A stretch of 59,676 bases of DNA, taken from contig CAXIAX010000005.1 in assembly GCA_964021785.1 (NCBI GenBank), positions 1 to 59,676 on the forward strand. The letters are read 5' to 3'. The notes under the pieces are model-generated. The model was given only the letters and a program-made list of their open reading frames with translations. It was not told the DNA's origin and made no database searches. Below, piece by piece: positions 47,585-56,929 of this stretch. The DNA comes from an uncultured Flavobacteriales bacterium (lineage in GTDB: Bacteria > Bacteroidota > Bacteroidia > Flavobacteriales_D > CAJJDF01). The position numbers were made by a program, and so were the translations under genes. Each line of letters starts with the position of its first letter. Position 1 is the first letter of the stretch.

Positions 47585-50500
47585 CTATCTTAATACATTT
47601 ACATGACCGTATTTAATGGTTCGAAGTAATCTTGCATCCAAGTAGGTTAATTTCCAAACGTAGGTACCTATTGGTACTAACTTACCTTTAAAAGTTCCGT
47701 CCCAAGAGTCATTAATATTTTGGGATTTGTAAACTAACTCTCCCCATCTATTATAGATTTCTATATCGTATTCTATTAAATCCATCCCATATATAATGAA
47801 TTTTTCATTTTTATAATCCCTATTTGGACTAAATGAATTTGGAATATAGATACTTCCATCCATCAAAATTCTTACGGTATCGGTAATAATACAACCAAAA
47901 GTATCGACTAAGTTTGCAATATAATCTGTAGCAATTTCTGGTTTAACGGTAGTGTTTGGACAAGTATCACAGAATAAAGTAAAATCAGGATTCCAATAGA
48001 AATTTCCTGCACTATGTGTGGCTGCTAGATTGGTAGAAGCCCCATGTACGAGTACTTGGTTTGGACCTGCATCCAAAAATGATTTAGGATAAAAAACCAC
48101 TGAAGTATAAGCCGTATCTATACATCCGTCTCCATTTTTCACTACTACATAAAACACTGTTGCTCCATTAGATTTTGCCTTGGTGATACTATTTGTAGGT
48201 TCTGCAACATTTGCTGAAGGATACCAAGTGTACTGATCTCCTCCATAAGCCCATAAATTTACCGAATCTGAAGAACAAACTGTATCGTCTGGAGATGACA
48301 CTGCTTTTATATTGCTCACAGTAATTGTAACACTGTCTCTCTGTGTAAAACAAATATTAGAAAAATCTACATAATAGGTTGTTGTAGTATCTGTAGTAGA
48401 AGTTACTGTACTTCCTGATGTAGAAGAAATTTTGTAGGGAGGTGACCATACATAGCTTGTTGCACCAGTTGCAGTTAACACTATAGGTTGATGAGGACAG
48501 CTGTTTAAATCATTTGTCAAACTTGGAATAGGTGGATTAATTACCGTTATACTTACCGTATCATTTCCTGCGCACCCATCATTTGTAATGGCTGCTAGGT
48601 AATAATTCATAGAACTAATCGGAAAAACTGTAGGACTTGCAGTATTACTATTCAAAATTCGAACTGCGGGTGTCCATACATGGGAAGAGCCACTCCCCGC
48701 CCTAAGTTTCATTGAATCTCCTAAACATAAAGTTGAATCTGGAGATGTATTAAAATTTATTGGCCTTGTAGTAACAACAATATTTGCTGTATCAAAGCCA
48801 CAAGCATTAGATCCAATAACTGTATAAGTAGTTGTATTACTGGGAGCAGCTTTGGGATTGTATATGGTAGAATTGGATAAAGAATTACTTGGCGTCCAAT
48901 TGTAGTTAATGGCACCAAAAGCAAATAATCGAACAGAATCATTGGGACAAATTGTAGTATCTGGGCTAGTTCTTAACACGGGAGGAACTGCATTTACTGT
49001 GATAGTAATATAACCAGTATCTGTTCCACAAGTCCCTGTCCCTATTACCATATAAGTTGTAGTTACTGCAGTTGTTGCTGTAGGATTTGAGCCAACTGCG
49101 CTATTTAAAGTAGCGCTAGGAGACCAAACATAGCTTGAAGCTCCATATGCAAAGAGAGAGGTTGGTTGGTTTGGGCATCTTGTTACATTGGGACTTGTTG
49201 CCAATATGGGTGGCCCAAGAACATCTATTACTAGTTTATTAGTATCGGGATCTAAACAACCATTTGTATCGTATGCAATTAAATTAACAATATATTGTCC
49301 AGTAGCTGAATAGGTATGTGAGGGAAATTCCAAATTACTGGTATTTCCATCCCCAAAATCCCAAAAATAGGCATTTGAACCTACGCTCAAATTTCCAAAA
49401 TTTGCAGGGTCTGGAAAGCAAATTGTTGTAAAAGGAATTGTAGGATTAGAAAAAATAGTATCTATTTTAAACTTAAACAATGCAGCATTACAATTATTAC
49501 TGTACCCATTGGTATCGGACCAAGACCCCATAGTTGTAGGATAATCATTGGAAGAGGCACATCCTGCACAAACAGCTTGGTATATATTTCCTTTATCATC
49601 AAACTTACTATTACCTCCATCTACATGTTCTGCACCTGTGGCTCCTCCAAAATATGTTGCGTTAAAAAGAGCTTTAGCATCTTTTTCTAACAACATAATG
49701 TAAAAGTCACTTCCAGAACTCCCTCCTTGGTATGCTCTATAAGTTGGCAGCCCATTAGTAGAACCTCCTGCTCTTACATTCATAATTCCACCCCAACCAC
49801 AGATGTAAATCATTCCGCATGAGCTAATATTAAATGCCGTTGGAGAAAAATCTATGGAGGTACCATTTTTGCCAATTGTTGTCCCCATCTCTAAGGTAGT
49901 CAGTGCATTATTATATTTTTGAACAAACTGATGACTACCTGCATTGGAATATACTGGCCCTGAACTAAAAATAGGCATAGAACCGAGAGATTGCCCCATT
50001 ATAAATACATCATCATTTACATCTGTTTGAATAAAATAGGACTGATCATAAACGGCTGTCCCTGTATACCTAGAAGTTTGTAAGACTCCTAAAGAATTAA
50101 ACTTTGCCAAATAACCATCTATTCCTCCGGCTATGGCATTGTTTGCAGCCCCAATAGAAGTACTGGAAGTTCCTCCTGTAATAAAAAAATTACCCATTGC
50201 ATCTCTAGCTATTCCATGCCCTGCGTCATTTCCAGAACCTCCAAAATAAGAACTCCAAATCAAACCAGAAAGGGTTGAATTAAATTTAAAAACTACTGCA
50301 GAAGAAGAGCCTCCTGGACTTGTTGCCCCTCCAATTACTGGAAAATTAGTTGAATTGGTAGTTGAAACAACATATGCATTTCCCGCATTATCAAGTACTA
50401 TATCTCCTCTATACTCATCCCCATGGTTATACGCCAATCCCAGCACAGTATTTAATCCATCATTAGATGAACCTCCAATAAAAGTAGCTCCCAACAAAGC

Positions 50501-51688
50501 TGTACCTGCGGCATTAAATTTAACTAAGAAAATATCACTCCCATTACTAAAAGAGGTACTCTTACTGTTTGGGGTAATTCCCGTCCCTCCATTAAATGAA
50601 TTATCATAACTAGAACTTAGCATGGGAAAATTGGAGGAACCTGTTGTACCGTACACATACAATTCTCCTTGATCATTAGTAACCATACTGTGAGGCACTT
50701 CTCCATCTGTTCCTCCCAGGTATGTAGAATATAATAACGAATCTCCTTCAGGTGTAAATTTACTTATTGCAACATCTGCATAAAAAGGAAATGTAGATCC
50801 TCCGGCCCAAGTTATATCATAGGCTCCAAGAGAAGTTGGATAACCTGTTCCGAAAACTATTCCCGAAACAAAAGAGCATTCATTGGTGTCGTAGGTTGCT
50901 GCAAATCCAAAATTATCTGAAGTAGAATTTACGTAAGAACTAAAAACAATAATGGGATCAATTACTAATTCATAAAAAGTATTGTATTGATTTGGAAATT
51001 GAAAAAAAACTTGGTTTTCTTTGATTACAAAATTACAATCTACTTCTATTTTCTCTCCATTTATTATTTGGTAAGCGTAAGGTTTCTGTTCTATTATATC
51101 TTGTAAAGAAGTTTCAATAATTAATGCTCCATCTTCAATGGATAGTTTATCTTGTCCTTCGTATTTAAAACTAATATCATTCACATTTGCTAAAGGTTTT
51201 ACGATAAAATCATATTTTACCGAACCTTCATATTCGAATATTTTAAAATCTACATTGTCATAAATATTTTCATATGTTACTTCATTAAAAGAATAAACTT
51301 CTTTCGCCCATTTCGACTTATCTGTTCCTTTATAGTAATTTTCATAGGAGGTAGATTTCCTTCTTTTTTTAATCAAAAAAGAAGGATTTGAATTTTCAAA
51401 TTCAATTTTTACTGAGTGACACTTTACAATTGCATCAAAATTAGCTCTGTCAATTTCTCCATATTCCAGGTTAGATTTATCATAAAAAGAATATAGAATA
51501 CCTTTTTTTGTAAGGAACATAGCTCCGTTAGAAATTTCAGATTTAAAATTAACTGCAGCATTAAATTGGCCCTTATTTTCTTTAAACAAAAAACGGCTCG
51601 AAACCGACTGTGAATTAATCAATATCGGAGATATCAAAAAAATCAAAACCAGAAAATAAACGATATTATTTACTTTATGTTTTTTCAT
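47585..51688 (-). CDS. Large T9SS-secreted cell-surface protein (beta-propeller-like repeats, PKD domain, six Ig-like modules, type-B C-terminal sorting domain)
   Basis: 1367 aa. Signal peptide; Gly/Ser/Thr-rich propeller-like repeats (Y..Y.GG...D); PKD signature FWDFGDGNTS. The C-terminus IPNSFSPNRDYKNEKFIIYG...YNRWGELVY...WDGTFKGKLVPIGTYVW is typical of the gliding-motility/T9SS type-B CTD. Confidence 0.85.
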   Translation of the reverse strand: MKKHKVNNIVYFLVLIFLISPILINSQSVSSRFLFKENKGQFNAAVNFKSEISNGAMFLTKKGILYSFYDKSNLEYGEIDRANFDAIVKCHSVKIEFENSNPSFLIKKRRKSTSYENYYKGTDKSKWAKEVYSFNEVTYENIYDNVDFKIFEYEGSVKYDFIVKPLANVNDISFKYEGQDKLSIEDGALIIETSLQDIIEQKPYAYQIINGEKIEVDCNFVIKENQVFFQFPNQYNTFYELVIDPIIVFSSYVNSTSDNFGFAATYDTNECSFVSGIVFGTGYPTSLGAYDITWAGGSTFPFYADVAISKFTPEGDSLLYSTYLGGTDGEVPHSMVTNDQGELYVYGTTGSSNFPMLSSSYDNSFNGGTGITPNSKSTSFSNGSDIFLVKFNAAGTALLGATFIGGSSNDGLNTVLGLAYNHGDEYRGDIVLDNAGNAYVVSTTNSTNFPVIGGATSPGGSSSAVVFKFNSTLSGLIWSSYFGGSGNDAGHGIARDAMGNFFITGGTSSTSIGAANNAIAGGIDGYLAKFNSLGVLQTSRYTGTAVYDQSYFIQTDVNDDVFIMGQSLGSMPIFSSGPVYSNAGSHQFVQKYNNALTTLEMGTTIGKNGTSIDFSPTAFNISSCGMIYICGWGGIMNVRAGGSTNGLPTYRAYQGGSSGSDFYIMLLEKDAKALFNATYFGGATGAEHVDGGNSKFDDKGNIYQAVCAGCASSNDYPTTMGSWSDTNGYSNNCNAALFKFKIDTIFSNPTIPFTTICFPDPANFGNLSVGSNAYFWDFGDGNTSNLEFPSHTYSATGQYIVNLIAYDTNGCLDPDTNKLVIDVLGPPILATSPNVTRCPNQPTSLFAYGASSYVWSPSATLNSAVGSNPTATTAVTTTYMVIGTGTCGTDTGYITITVNAVPPVLRTSPDTTICPNDSVRLFAFGAINYNWTPSNSLSNSTIYNPKAAPSNTTTYTVIGSNACGFDTANIVVTTRPINFNTSPDSTLCLGDSMKLRAGSGSSHVWTPAVRILNSNTASPTVFPISSMNYYLAAITNDGCAGNDTVSITVINPPIPSLTNDLNSCPHQPIVLTATGATSYVWSPPYKISSTSGSTVTSTTDTTTTYYVDFSNICFTQRDSVTITVSNIKAVSSPDDTVCSSDSVNLWAYGGDQYTWYPSANVAEPTNSITKAKSNGATVFYVVVKNGDGCIDTAYTSVVFYPKSFLDAGPNQVLVHGASTNLAATHSAGNFYWNPDFTLFCDTCPNTTVKPEIATDYIANLVDTFGCIITDTVRILMDGSIYIPNSFSPNRDYKNEKFIIYGMDLIEYDIEIYNRWGELVYKSQNINDSWDGTFKGKLVPIGTYVWKLTYLDARLLRTIKYGHVNVLR
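47870..49220 (-). repeat. Six tandem ~75-aa Cys-flanked Ig-like modules inside the adhesin gene
   Basis: Recurrent pattern C-P-x-(D/Q)-x-x-x-L-x-A-x-G-x-x-x-Y-x-W-x-P...T-T-Y-x-V...C-x-x-(D/T)-x-x-x-(I/V)-x-V. The W-x-P anchors are YVWSP, YNWTP, HVWTP, YVWSP, YTWYP, FYWNP. Confidence 0.6.
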
Positions 51689-51804
51689 TAATTGCTTAGT
51701 TGTTTAATCTTTTAAATTAAAACAAAGTATTTTCAATCAATATACAAAAAATAGGGCAAAAAGTAACCCCTTAATCAAATAATCAACCAGTTAGAAATAC
51801 CATA

Positions 51805-52761
51805 TCATTGGCTTGAATACTTGGTTTCATCCGTTAATGAATGAAGAAAATTAACTAAGTCTTCCTTTTCAACATAAGTTAATTTTAAAGGTTCTATCAT
51901 AATAGTATCCATATTAATTGGATTCTCTACAAACATATATGGATCACTATAAAACTCAATAACTTCCTCCAAGGTTTTAAGTGAACCATCATGCATATAG
52001 GGTGCAGTAAGTGCAACATTTCTAAGGCCTGGAACTTTAAATTTACCTAAATCTATTGAATCTTTAGTTACATCAAACCTTCCTTTATCTGTGTATTCAT
52101 TTTCATCATAGGTTCCAATATTTCGAAATTCGTCTCCTGTAAAATCTGGACCAAAATGACAATCAAAACATTTTGCTTTATCTAAAAACAGCTCTCTACC
52201 TCTTTGTTGTGAAAGAGATAAAGCTTCAGGATCTTCATCATTCATCCATTTGTCATGAGGGGCCGTTCCGTCACTTTCTAGCGATCTTTGAAACTCTGCC
52301 AAGGCATTAGCCATATTTTCTTTTGTAGGCTCTTCTGCATATATTTTATAGAACAATAACGAATATAATTGAGATTGATTAAGTCTTAATACAGCAGAAT
52401 CTATATTTAAATTCATTTCTACTGGATTTTCTATTGGTCCTATTGCTTGTTCTTCGAGTGTTGCTGCTCTTCCATCATAAAAATAATGAGATCTACTTGC
52501 CATATTCATTACAGAAGGAGTGTTTCTAGCTCCTAAGCTATCTCCTACACCCAAAGAAAATTCCCTATCATCTGCAAAACCAAGTTCTGGCTTATGGCAA
52601 CTACCACAAGAAATAGTATTGTCTAGTGATAAAATAGGATCGAAAAATAATTTTTCTCCTAATTCTATTTCATTCTTAATTTCTGCAACTTCCTTTTTCA
52701 TGGAAGACTTACAGTTTAACAAAAAAATTGATACAAAAATGAATAGCATTATCTTTTTCAT
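51805..52761 (-). CDS. Di-heme cytochrome c peroxidase (CCP/MauG family)
   Basis: Two CxxCH motifs (CGSCH, CFDCH). Start set at Met23 (MKKIMLFIFVSIFLL signal peptide), because the longer tracked ORF runs into the frr terminator hairpin. Confidence 0.88.
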   Translation of the reverse strand: MKKIMLFIFVSIFLLNCKSSMKKEVAEIKNEIELGEKLFFDPILSLDNTISCGSCHKPELGFADDREFSLGVGDSLGARNTPSVMNMASRSHYFYDGRAATLEEQAIGPIENPVEMNLNIDSAVLRLNQSQLYSLLFYKIYAEEPTKENMANALAEFQRSLESDGTAPHDKWMNDEDPEALSLSQQRGRELFLDKAKCFDCHFGPDFTGDEFRNIGTYDENEYTDKGRFDVTKDSIDLGKFKVPGLRNVALTAPYMHDGSLKTLEEVIEFYSDPYMFVENPINMDTIMIEPLKLTYVEKEDLVNFLHSLTDETKYSSQ

Positions 52762-52807
52762 ATTCAAATTTAATAGTTCCTCAATAAACACAAAGTGACA
52801 AAAGTCA

Positions 52808-52850
52808 CATAAAAACAAAAAATCCACTTTGTATTTAACAAAGTGGATTT
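52808..52850 (-). terminator. Rho-independent terminator after frr
   Basis: Perfect 12-bp stem AAATCCACTTTG/CAAAGTGGATTT. On the minus strand it is followed by TTTTTTGTTTTT. Confidence 0.75.
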
Positions 52851-52874
52851 AAATAAAATTAGTTTAAAATAAAA

Positions 52875-53438
52875 TTATACTGTCATGATATCTTTTTCTT
52901 TAGCTTCAATTAAGTCTTCTACTTTTTTCGAGTAAACGTCTACTACTTTTTGTACTTCCTCTTCCGCTCTTTTTGCAGTATCTTCTGATAAACCATCATC
53001 TTTCAAACCTTTGATAAAATCATTAGCTTCTTTTCTTTGGTTTCGGATAGATACTTTTGCATGTTCACCTTCTGCTTTGGCTCTTTTTACCAAATCCTTT
53101 CTTCTTTCCTCCGTAAGCATAGGAACATTAATTATAATTAATTCTCCATTATTTTGAGGATTAAGACCAAGATTAGAATTCATGATTCCTTTTGCAATTT
53201 CATCTAACATTGCTTTTTCCCATGGTTGAACAGTAATTGTTCTAGCATCCATAGTACTTACATTTGCAACTTGCGATAAAGGAGTTGAAGATCCATAATA
53301 ATCCACATAAACACTATCCAACATTGATGGATTAGCTTTACCAGCTCTAATTTTCGTTAATTCTGAGTTTAAGTGAGAAATAGCTTGGCTCATTTGCTCT
53401 TTTGCCTCATCAATTCCCATTTGTATTTCTTCTGTCAT
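52875..53438 (-). CDS. frr: Ribosome recycling factor
   Basis: 187 aa with an overall Frr-like sequence (RAGKANPSMLD...VPMLTEERRKDLVK). Confidence 0.95.
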   Translation of the reverse strand: MTEEIQMGIDEAKEQMSQAISHLNSELTKIRAGKANPSMLDSVYVDYYGSSTPLSQVANVSTMDARTITVQPWEKAMLDEIAKGIMNSNLGLNPQNNGELIIINVPMLTEERRKDLVKRAKAEGEHAKVSIRNQRKEANDFIKGLKDDGLSEDTAKRAEEEVQKVVDVYSKKVEDLIEAKEKDIMTV

Positions 53439-53469
53439 ACTTATTTTATTAATTACAAATATAAAAAAA

Positions 53470-54177
53470 TTATCCTTTTACCAAAGTTCCTTCTTCTTCC
53501 CCTTTTACAACTTTATTAAGGTTACCAGGTTTATTCATATCGAATACAATAATTGGCAAGTCATTTTCTTTACATAAAGTAAATGCTGTCAAATCCATCA
53601 CATTCAATCCTTTCTCATATACTTCATCAAAAGTTATACTTTCAAATTTAGTAGCAGTTGGATCTTTTTCTGGATCCGCAGAATAGATACCATCTACTCT
53701 TGTTCCTTTCAAAATCACATCCGCTTCAATTTCTATTGCTCTTAAAGAAGCTGCTGAATCTGTTGTAAAATAAGGACTTCCTGTACCAGCTCCAAAAATA
53801 ACAATTCTTCCTTTTTCAAGGTGACGAATTGCTCTTCTTCTGATATATGGCTCAGCTATTTGTTCCATTTTTATAGAAGACATAAGTCTCGTCTTCATTC
53901 CGTTACTTTCTAATGCTGCTTGTAAAGCAAGCCCATTAATCATGGTTGCTAGCATTCCCATGTAATCTCCCTGCACTCTTTCCATAATACCTTTTTCGGC
54001 TTGTACACCTCTAAAAATATTACCTCCTCCAATTACTATTGCTATCTCTATCCCCTGTGCGTGAGCATCTTTTATTTCTTTGGCATAAACATCCAGTCTT
54101 TTGTTGTCAATCCCAAATTGATTATCACCCATCAAGGCTTCTCCACTCAGTTTTAGTAATACTCTTTTGAAATTCAT
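53470..54177 (-). CDS. pyrH: UMP kinase
   Basis: 235 aa. Motifs [12 protein letters not shown] and GGGNIFRG. Confidence 0.95.
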   Translation of the reverse strand: MNFKRVLLKLSGEALMGDNQFGIDNKRLDVYAKEIKDAHAQGIEIAIVIGGGNIFRGVQAEKGIMERVQGDYMGMLATMINGLALQAALESNGMKTRLMSSIKMEQIAEPYIRRRAIRHLEKGRIVIFGAGTGSPYFTTDSAASLRAIEIEADVILKGTRVDGIYSADPEKDPTATKFESITFDEVYEKGLNVMDLTAFTLCKENDLPIIVFDMNKPGNLNKVVKGEEEGTLVKG

Positions 54178-54234
54178 ATTGTCTATTTTTCTAAGTTTTT
54201 TGTTCTAAAAATCATCCACTGCTTAAAATTAAGC

Positions 54235-54273
54235 CAAAAAAAAGAGAGAACTATAAATTCTCTCTTCTTTTTT
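54235..54273 (-). terminator. Rho-independent terminator after tsf (symmetric, potentially bidirectional)
   Basis: AGAGAGAA-N7-TTCTCTCT stem flanked by A8 on the plus strand (a T8 tail for the minus-strand transcript) and a T run. Confidence 0.7.
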
Positions 54274-54288
54274 ATATAAAAATAATAA

Positions 54289-55116
54289 TTAACTTAATGA
54301 AATTCTTTCAAATCCAGTAACAGTTAAATCTTTATCAGTTGCTTGTAAGAATTGTGTAACACTCTTCTTGTTGTCAGTAAACATTGCTTGGTCCATTAAA
54401 GTATTCTCTTTAAAGAATTTACCTAATCTTCCTTGAGCAATTTTATCAGCCATTTCTGCAGGTTTCCCTTCTTGTATAGCTAATTCTTTTCCAACTTCTA
54501 ACTCTCTTGCGATAGTTTCTTCAGAAACAGAATCTTTGTTCAAAGCAACTGGAGCCATAGAAGCAACTTGCATTGCAACTTGTTTTCCTGCAACTTCAAC
54601 TTCTTCTCCTTTTTTGTTTAATCCAACGATAGTAGCAATTTGGTTTCCTGGGTGGTTGTAAGCAACAACACATTCAGCATCAATTACTTTGTAATCCAAC
54701 ACTAATTTCTCTCCAATAACTCCAATTTGTTCAACTATCTTTTCTTCTACAGTGATTTTGTCATCATATTTCAAAGCCTTAAACTCATCCATATTTGCAG
54801 GATTATTTTCCATTGCAATTTTAACAAAAGATTGAGTCAATTGGTTGTATGAATCATTTTTTGCAACAAAATCAGTTTCACAACCTAATACTACTAAATA
54901 TCCTCTAGTTGCACTTTCGTTTGTTTTAGCAATAACTAATCCTTCTCCAGTTTCTCTATCACTTCTTTTAGCAGCAACTTTTTGTCCTTGTTTTCTAAGG
55001 ATGTCGATTGCAGCTTCCATATCACCTTCAGCTTCTACCAAAGCTTTTTTACAGTCCATCATTCCTGATCCTGTTTTTTTTCTTAACTCATTTACTTGAG
55101 ATGCAGTAATTTTCAT
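54289..55116 (-). CDS. tsf: Translation elongation factor Ts
   Basis: 275 aa. N-terminal UBA-like motif LRKKTGSGMMDCKKAL. Confidence 0.95.
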   Translation of the reverse strand: MKITASQVNELRKKTGSGMMDCKKALVEAEGDMEAAIDILRKQGQKVAAKRSDRETGEGLVIAKTNESATRGYLVVLGCETDFVAKNDSYNQLTQSFVKIAMENNPANMDEFKALKYDDKITVEEKIVEQIGVIGEKLVLDYKVIDAECVVAYNHPGNQIATIVGLNKKGEEVEVAGKQVAMQVASMAPVALNKDSVSEETIARELEVGKELAIQEGKPAEMADKIAQGRLGKFFKENTLMDQAMFTDNKKSVTQFLQATDKDLTVTGFERISLS

Positions 55117-55143
55117 TTTTTTAAATGTATTGTAATGTTATAA

Positions 55144-55863
55144 TTATGCTTTAGCAGCAACTTCTTTTCCTTTAGCTGCAGATCTTTCTGCCAATCCTTC
55201 TTTTATAGCATCTGCCATAATTCCTACTACTTTTGCAATAGATTTAGAAGCATCATCATTTGAAGGTATTACGAAATCAATTCCTTTAGGATTTGAGTTA
55301 GTATCAACCATTCCAAATACAGGAATTCCAAGTTTTCTTGCTTCAGCAAGTGCAATGTTTTCTTTTTTGATGTCTACGATAAAGATTGCAGCTGGAGTTC
55401 TGTTCATATCAGCAATAGATCCGAATACAGTTTCTAACTTAGCTCTTTGTCTAGATCTTTGTAATCTTTCTCTTTTAGACATTGTATCAATTGTTCCATC
55501 AGCTAACATCTTATCGTATGCTTGCATTTTTCTAATTGATTTCTTTACTGTAGAAAAGTTAGTTAACATTCCTCCTAACCATCTTTCTGTTACGAAAGGC
55601 ATGTTAGTTTCTTTCACTATTTCTGCAACTACATGTTTTGCTTGTTTCTTTGTTGCTACAAATAAAATCTTTTTTCCAGATTTTGTAATTTGCTTCATTG
55701 CTGAGGCAGCAGTTTCAATTTTCTTAACTGTTTTGTTAAGGTCAATTACGTGAATTCCATTTTTCTCTTGAAAAATGTATGGAGCCATGCTTGGGTTCCA
55801 TTTACTTTTTAGGTGACCAAAGTGTACACCTGCCTCTAATAATTCATCAAAGTTTGTTCTCAT
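55144..55863 (-). CDS. rpsB: 30S ribosomal protein S2
   Basis: LLEAGVHFGH motif. Start set at Met9 of the tracked ORF (MRTNFDELLEAG). Confidence 0.93.
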   Translation of the reverse strand: MRTNFDELLEAGVHFGHLKSKWNPSMAPYIFQEKNGIHVIDLNKTVKKIETAASAMKQITKSGKKILFVATKKQAKHVVAEIVKETNMPFVTERWLGGMLTNFSTVKKSIRKMQAYDKMLADGTIDTMSKRERLQRSRQRAKLETVFGSIADMNRTPAAIFIVDIKKENIALAEARKLGIPVFGMVDTNSNPKGIDFVIPSNDDASKSIAKVVGIMADAIKEGLAERSAAKGKEVAAKA

Positions 55864-55969
55864 TGTTGTTTGTTTACATTCTGTCATAAATCAACATTAC
55901 TGGTAGCATCCACATCTTGTGAATAGTCCAATAAGTTTAGATACTAAACAAAATTTTGGTTTGTATATA

Positions 55970-56356
55970 TTAACGTTTACTAAATTGAAATTTCTTTCTT
56001 GCTTTCTTTTGTCCTGGTTTCTTTCTCTCAACCATTCTAGAATCTCTAGTCATAAGACCTTCAGCTTTTAACAAAGGTTTGTTCTCTTCGTCAATTTTCA
56101 CTAATGCTCTTGAGATTCCTAATCTGATAGCTTCAACTTGTCCTGTAAAACCTCCTCCATCTACATTGATTTTTACGTCATATTGACCTAAAGTATCAGT
56201 TAGTAAAAAAGCTTGGTCTACTTTTCCTTGTTGTAATTTTGTAGAAAAGTAATCTTTGTAATCTTTCTTGTTGATTGTTACATTTCCTTTCCCTTCAGAT
56301 AGATAAATTCTTGCAATTGCAGTTTTTCTTCTTCCTATTGTATTGATAACTTCCAT
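55970..56356 (-). CDS. rpsI: 30S ribosomal protein S9
   Basis: 128 aa, C-terminal KKPGQKKARKKFQFSKR. Confidence 0.95.
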   Translation of the reverse strand: MEVINTIGRRKTAIARIYLSEGKGNVTINKKDYKDYFSTKLQQGKVDQAFLLTDTLGQYDVKINVDGGGFTGQVEAIRLGISRALVKIDEENKPLLKAEGLMTRDSRMVERKKPGQKKARKKFQFSKR

Positions 56357-56365
56357 TATACTTTA

Positions 56366-56824
56366 TTATTTAATGTCTTCTAATTTAATTGCAGTCGGCT
56401 TTTGAGCTTCATGATTGTGCTTGTTTCCAGCAACAACATGTAAGTTACTTCTGTAAAGCTCTCTTCCTAAAGTGTTTTTTGGAAGCATCCCTTTCACTGC
56501 TCTTTCTACAAGTGCAATAGGATTTTTAGCCATTACTTCTTCAGCAGTTGCAGTTCTTTGTCCTCCTGGGTAACCAGTGTGTCTAATGTAAGTCTTATTC
56601 TTCCATTTGTCTCCAGACAGTTCAATTTTCTCTGCATTCAAAACAATTACCACATCTCCACAATTTGCGTGTGGCGTGAAATTCGTTTTGTGCTTTCCTC
56701 TTACTAGTTTTGCAACATTACTTGCAAGTCTTCCTAGCCTCTGACCCTCAGCATCTATCACAAACCACTGCGTGTTTGCGTTCTCTTTATTTGCCGAAAT
56801 TGTTTTGTAACTTAATGTATCCAC
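56366..56824 (-). CDS. rplM: 50S ribosomal protein L13
   Basis: 152 aa with an overall L13-like sequence (WFVIDAEGQRLGRLAS...HTGYPGG). Confidence 0.95.
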   Translation of the reverse strand: MDTLSYKTISANKENANTQWFVIDAEGQRLGRLASNVAKLVRGKHKTNFTPHANCGDVVIVLNAEKIELSGDKWKNKTYIRHTGYPGGQRTATAEEVMAKNPIALVERAVKGMLPKNTLGRELYRSNLHVVAGNKHNHEAQKPTAIKLEDIK

Positions 56825-56864
56825 TTTTGTATAGGTGTTAGTATTGTTCTTATTTTATGGACTG

Positions 56865-56872
56865 CAAAGGTA
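56865..56872 (-). promoter_or_regulatory. Candidate Bacteroidota -7 promoter box for rplM-rpsI
   Basis: The minus strand reads TACCTTTG (TAnnTTTG), about 40 nt upstream of the rplM start. Confidence 0.45.
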
Positions 56873-56929
56873 AAATAATTTTATTCTAGAACAAATTTTT
56901 CATTAACATTTAATTGTGTAAAAACTTAT

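Noticed and set aside
52762-52827. 22-codon N-terminal extension of the cytochrome c peroxidase ORF
   Set aside because: It runs into the frr terminator hairpin (52820-52850). Met23 begins a typical signal peptide.
55355-55753. 132-aa plus-strand ORF
   Set aside because: It is antisense to rpsB and its translation is hydrophobic low-complexity sequence.
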